A DNA stretch of 64,000 nucleotides, taken from positions 1-64,000 of IMG/VR virus record IMGVR_UViG_3300034060_000588; one strand, 5' to 3'. The position numbers and the translations under genes are program-made. The DNA comes from a virus. The notes beneath the pieces are model-generated. The model made no database searches and was not told the DNA's origin. It saw only the letters and a list, made by a program, of their open reading frames with translations. Position 1 is the first letter of the stretch; every line of letters begins with the position of its first letter. Positions 63,180-64,000 of this stretch are shown piece after piece.

Positions 63180-63989
63180 TTAAGGTACGATTTCTAAAAC
63201 AGTACCATTTCTCCAAACAGAGCCAGATGGTAATCCAGCAGATGATGTTGGTATATTTTTAATAGACAAATTATTAACAAAAGTTGCACAAACTCTATCG
63301 GTAGAAATATTTGCACCAACAATAAATGAACAATCGTGTTGTGCTGTATTACATTGTCCACCAAGTATTGCCGAACGACCATTTATTGATGTGTTACAAT
63401 AACCACCACTTACGGTTGAATAAGACCCACTTGATGTGTTACGATATCCACCACTTACGGTTGAATTATAACCACTTGATGTGTTAAGATAACCACCACC
63501 TACGGTTGCGTAATCCCCACTTGATGTGTTACTTCGTCCACCACCTACGGTTGAATTATAATCTCCACTTGATGTGTTATTATAACCACCACCTACGGTT
63601 GCGTAATCCCCACTTGTTGTGTTATATGATCCTCCACCAATTGTTTGTCCATTATAATATGATGAAACAGTTACATTACCAGTTCCACCAGCAATTGTAT
63701 TACCATAACTTTCATAACAAGCGCTATAAGATGATATTGTATTACAAGAACCTCCACCAATTGTTGACCCATATATTGGAGCATTATAATATGATGAAAA
63801 TGTACCTATTGTGTTTCTTTCACCACCACTAATTACCGAACAATCACCATTTGCTTCGTTATTAACACCGATTCTTTGTGTTGAACATAGGCCAGAACCA
63901 GTCTCATAAAGTGAAGAGCCGCCCGGTAATATTTCCGTTCCACAAACAAATAATTTTATTGTTTCTATTTTATCTACATTTAAAGGCAT
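63180..63989 (-). CDS. Gly/Ser/Asn-rich repeat fibre-like protein
   Basis: SGDYATVGGGY.NTS repeats; N-terminus shared with 62442-63155, C-terminus shared with 61201-62421. Confidence 0.75.
   Translation of the reverse strand: MPLNVDKIETIKLFVCGTEILPGGSSLYETGSGLCSTQRIGVNNEANGDCSVISGGERNTIGTFSSYYNAPIYGSTIGGGSCNTISSYSACYESYGNTIAGGTGNVTVSSYYNGQTIGGGSYNTTSGDYATVGGGYNNTSSGDYNSTVGGGRSNTSSGDYATVGGGYLNTSSGYNSTVSGGYRNTSSGSYSTVSGGYCNTSINGRSAILGGQCNTAQHDCSFIVGANISTDRVCATFVNNLSIKNIPTSSAGLPSGSVWRNGTVLEIVP
63385..63622. repeat. Near-identical 42-45 nt coding tandem repeats
   Basis: Recurrent CCACTTGATGTGTTA...CCACCAC(C/T)TACGGTTG units. Confidence 0.8.
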
Positions 63990-64000
63990 AATTTTTTGTT

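Noticed and set aside
63385-63622. Regular ~42-nt repeats resembling a CRISPR array
   Set aside because: In-frame coding repeats (14-15 aa) without unique spacers; no cas genes
320-63832. Numerous antisense or nested ORFs in the track (e.g. 320-847, 37727-38137, 43671-44354, 57601-58212)
   Set aside because: Shadow frames of well-supported genes, with Ser/Phe/Ile-biased composition and no motifs
1-64000. Stop-codon reassignment as in some Bacteroidota phages
   Set aside because: Conserved genes are full length in the standard code, and TGA/TAG stops abut next starts
61201-64000. Diversity-generating retroelement or invertase shufflon
   Set aside because: No reverse transcriptase or site-specific recombinase in window; repeats are direct and show no clear adenine-specific variation pattern
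1-64000. tRNA/rRNA genes
   Set aside because: Intergenic gaps are short and AT-rich; no cloverleaf or T-loop signature seen

Overview
AT-rich (roughly 30% GC, by eye), densely coding segment of a large contractile-tailed dsDNA phage, probably jumbo-class, in the standard genetic code. Two exact TTTG-N19-TAnnTTTG promoters, starts lacking Shine-Dalgarno sequences, and SprB/BspA-like domains point to a Bacteroidota (Flavobacterium-like) host. The window holds three kinds of genes. (i) Replication, recombination and nucleotide genes: SbcD/Mre11-like nuclease, PD-(D/E)XK nuclease, primase, RuvC-like resolvase, class II RNR, DnaB-like helicase, 5'-3' exonuclease, C5 methyltransferase, RecA/UvsX and gp32-like SSB. 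(ii) A tail/baseplate module: tube, assembly chaperone, tape measure, hub and wedge proteins. (iii) A + strand block of Cys-rich, Pro/Thr-rich putative virion surface proteins. Best leads: a glycosyltransferase with plant SERGT1/HPAT-like motifs embedded among mucin-like PT-repeat proteins (candidate virion O-glycosylation system); a probable +1/-2 programmed frameshift (GGAG-TTT-TTT-CGG) in the tail chaperone; an unannotated CcdA-like ribbon-helix-helix gene coupled to an HNH nuclease; a tandem array of Gly-rich fibre genes with shared N and C modules; three promoter classes; and strong CATG avoidance. All family calls come from motif recognition by eye, not database searches.
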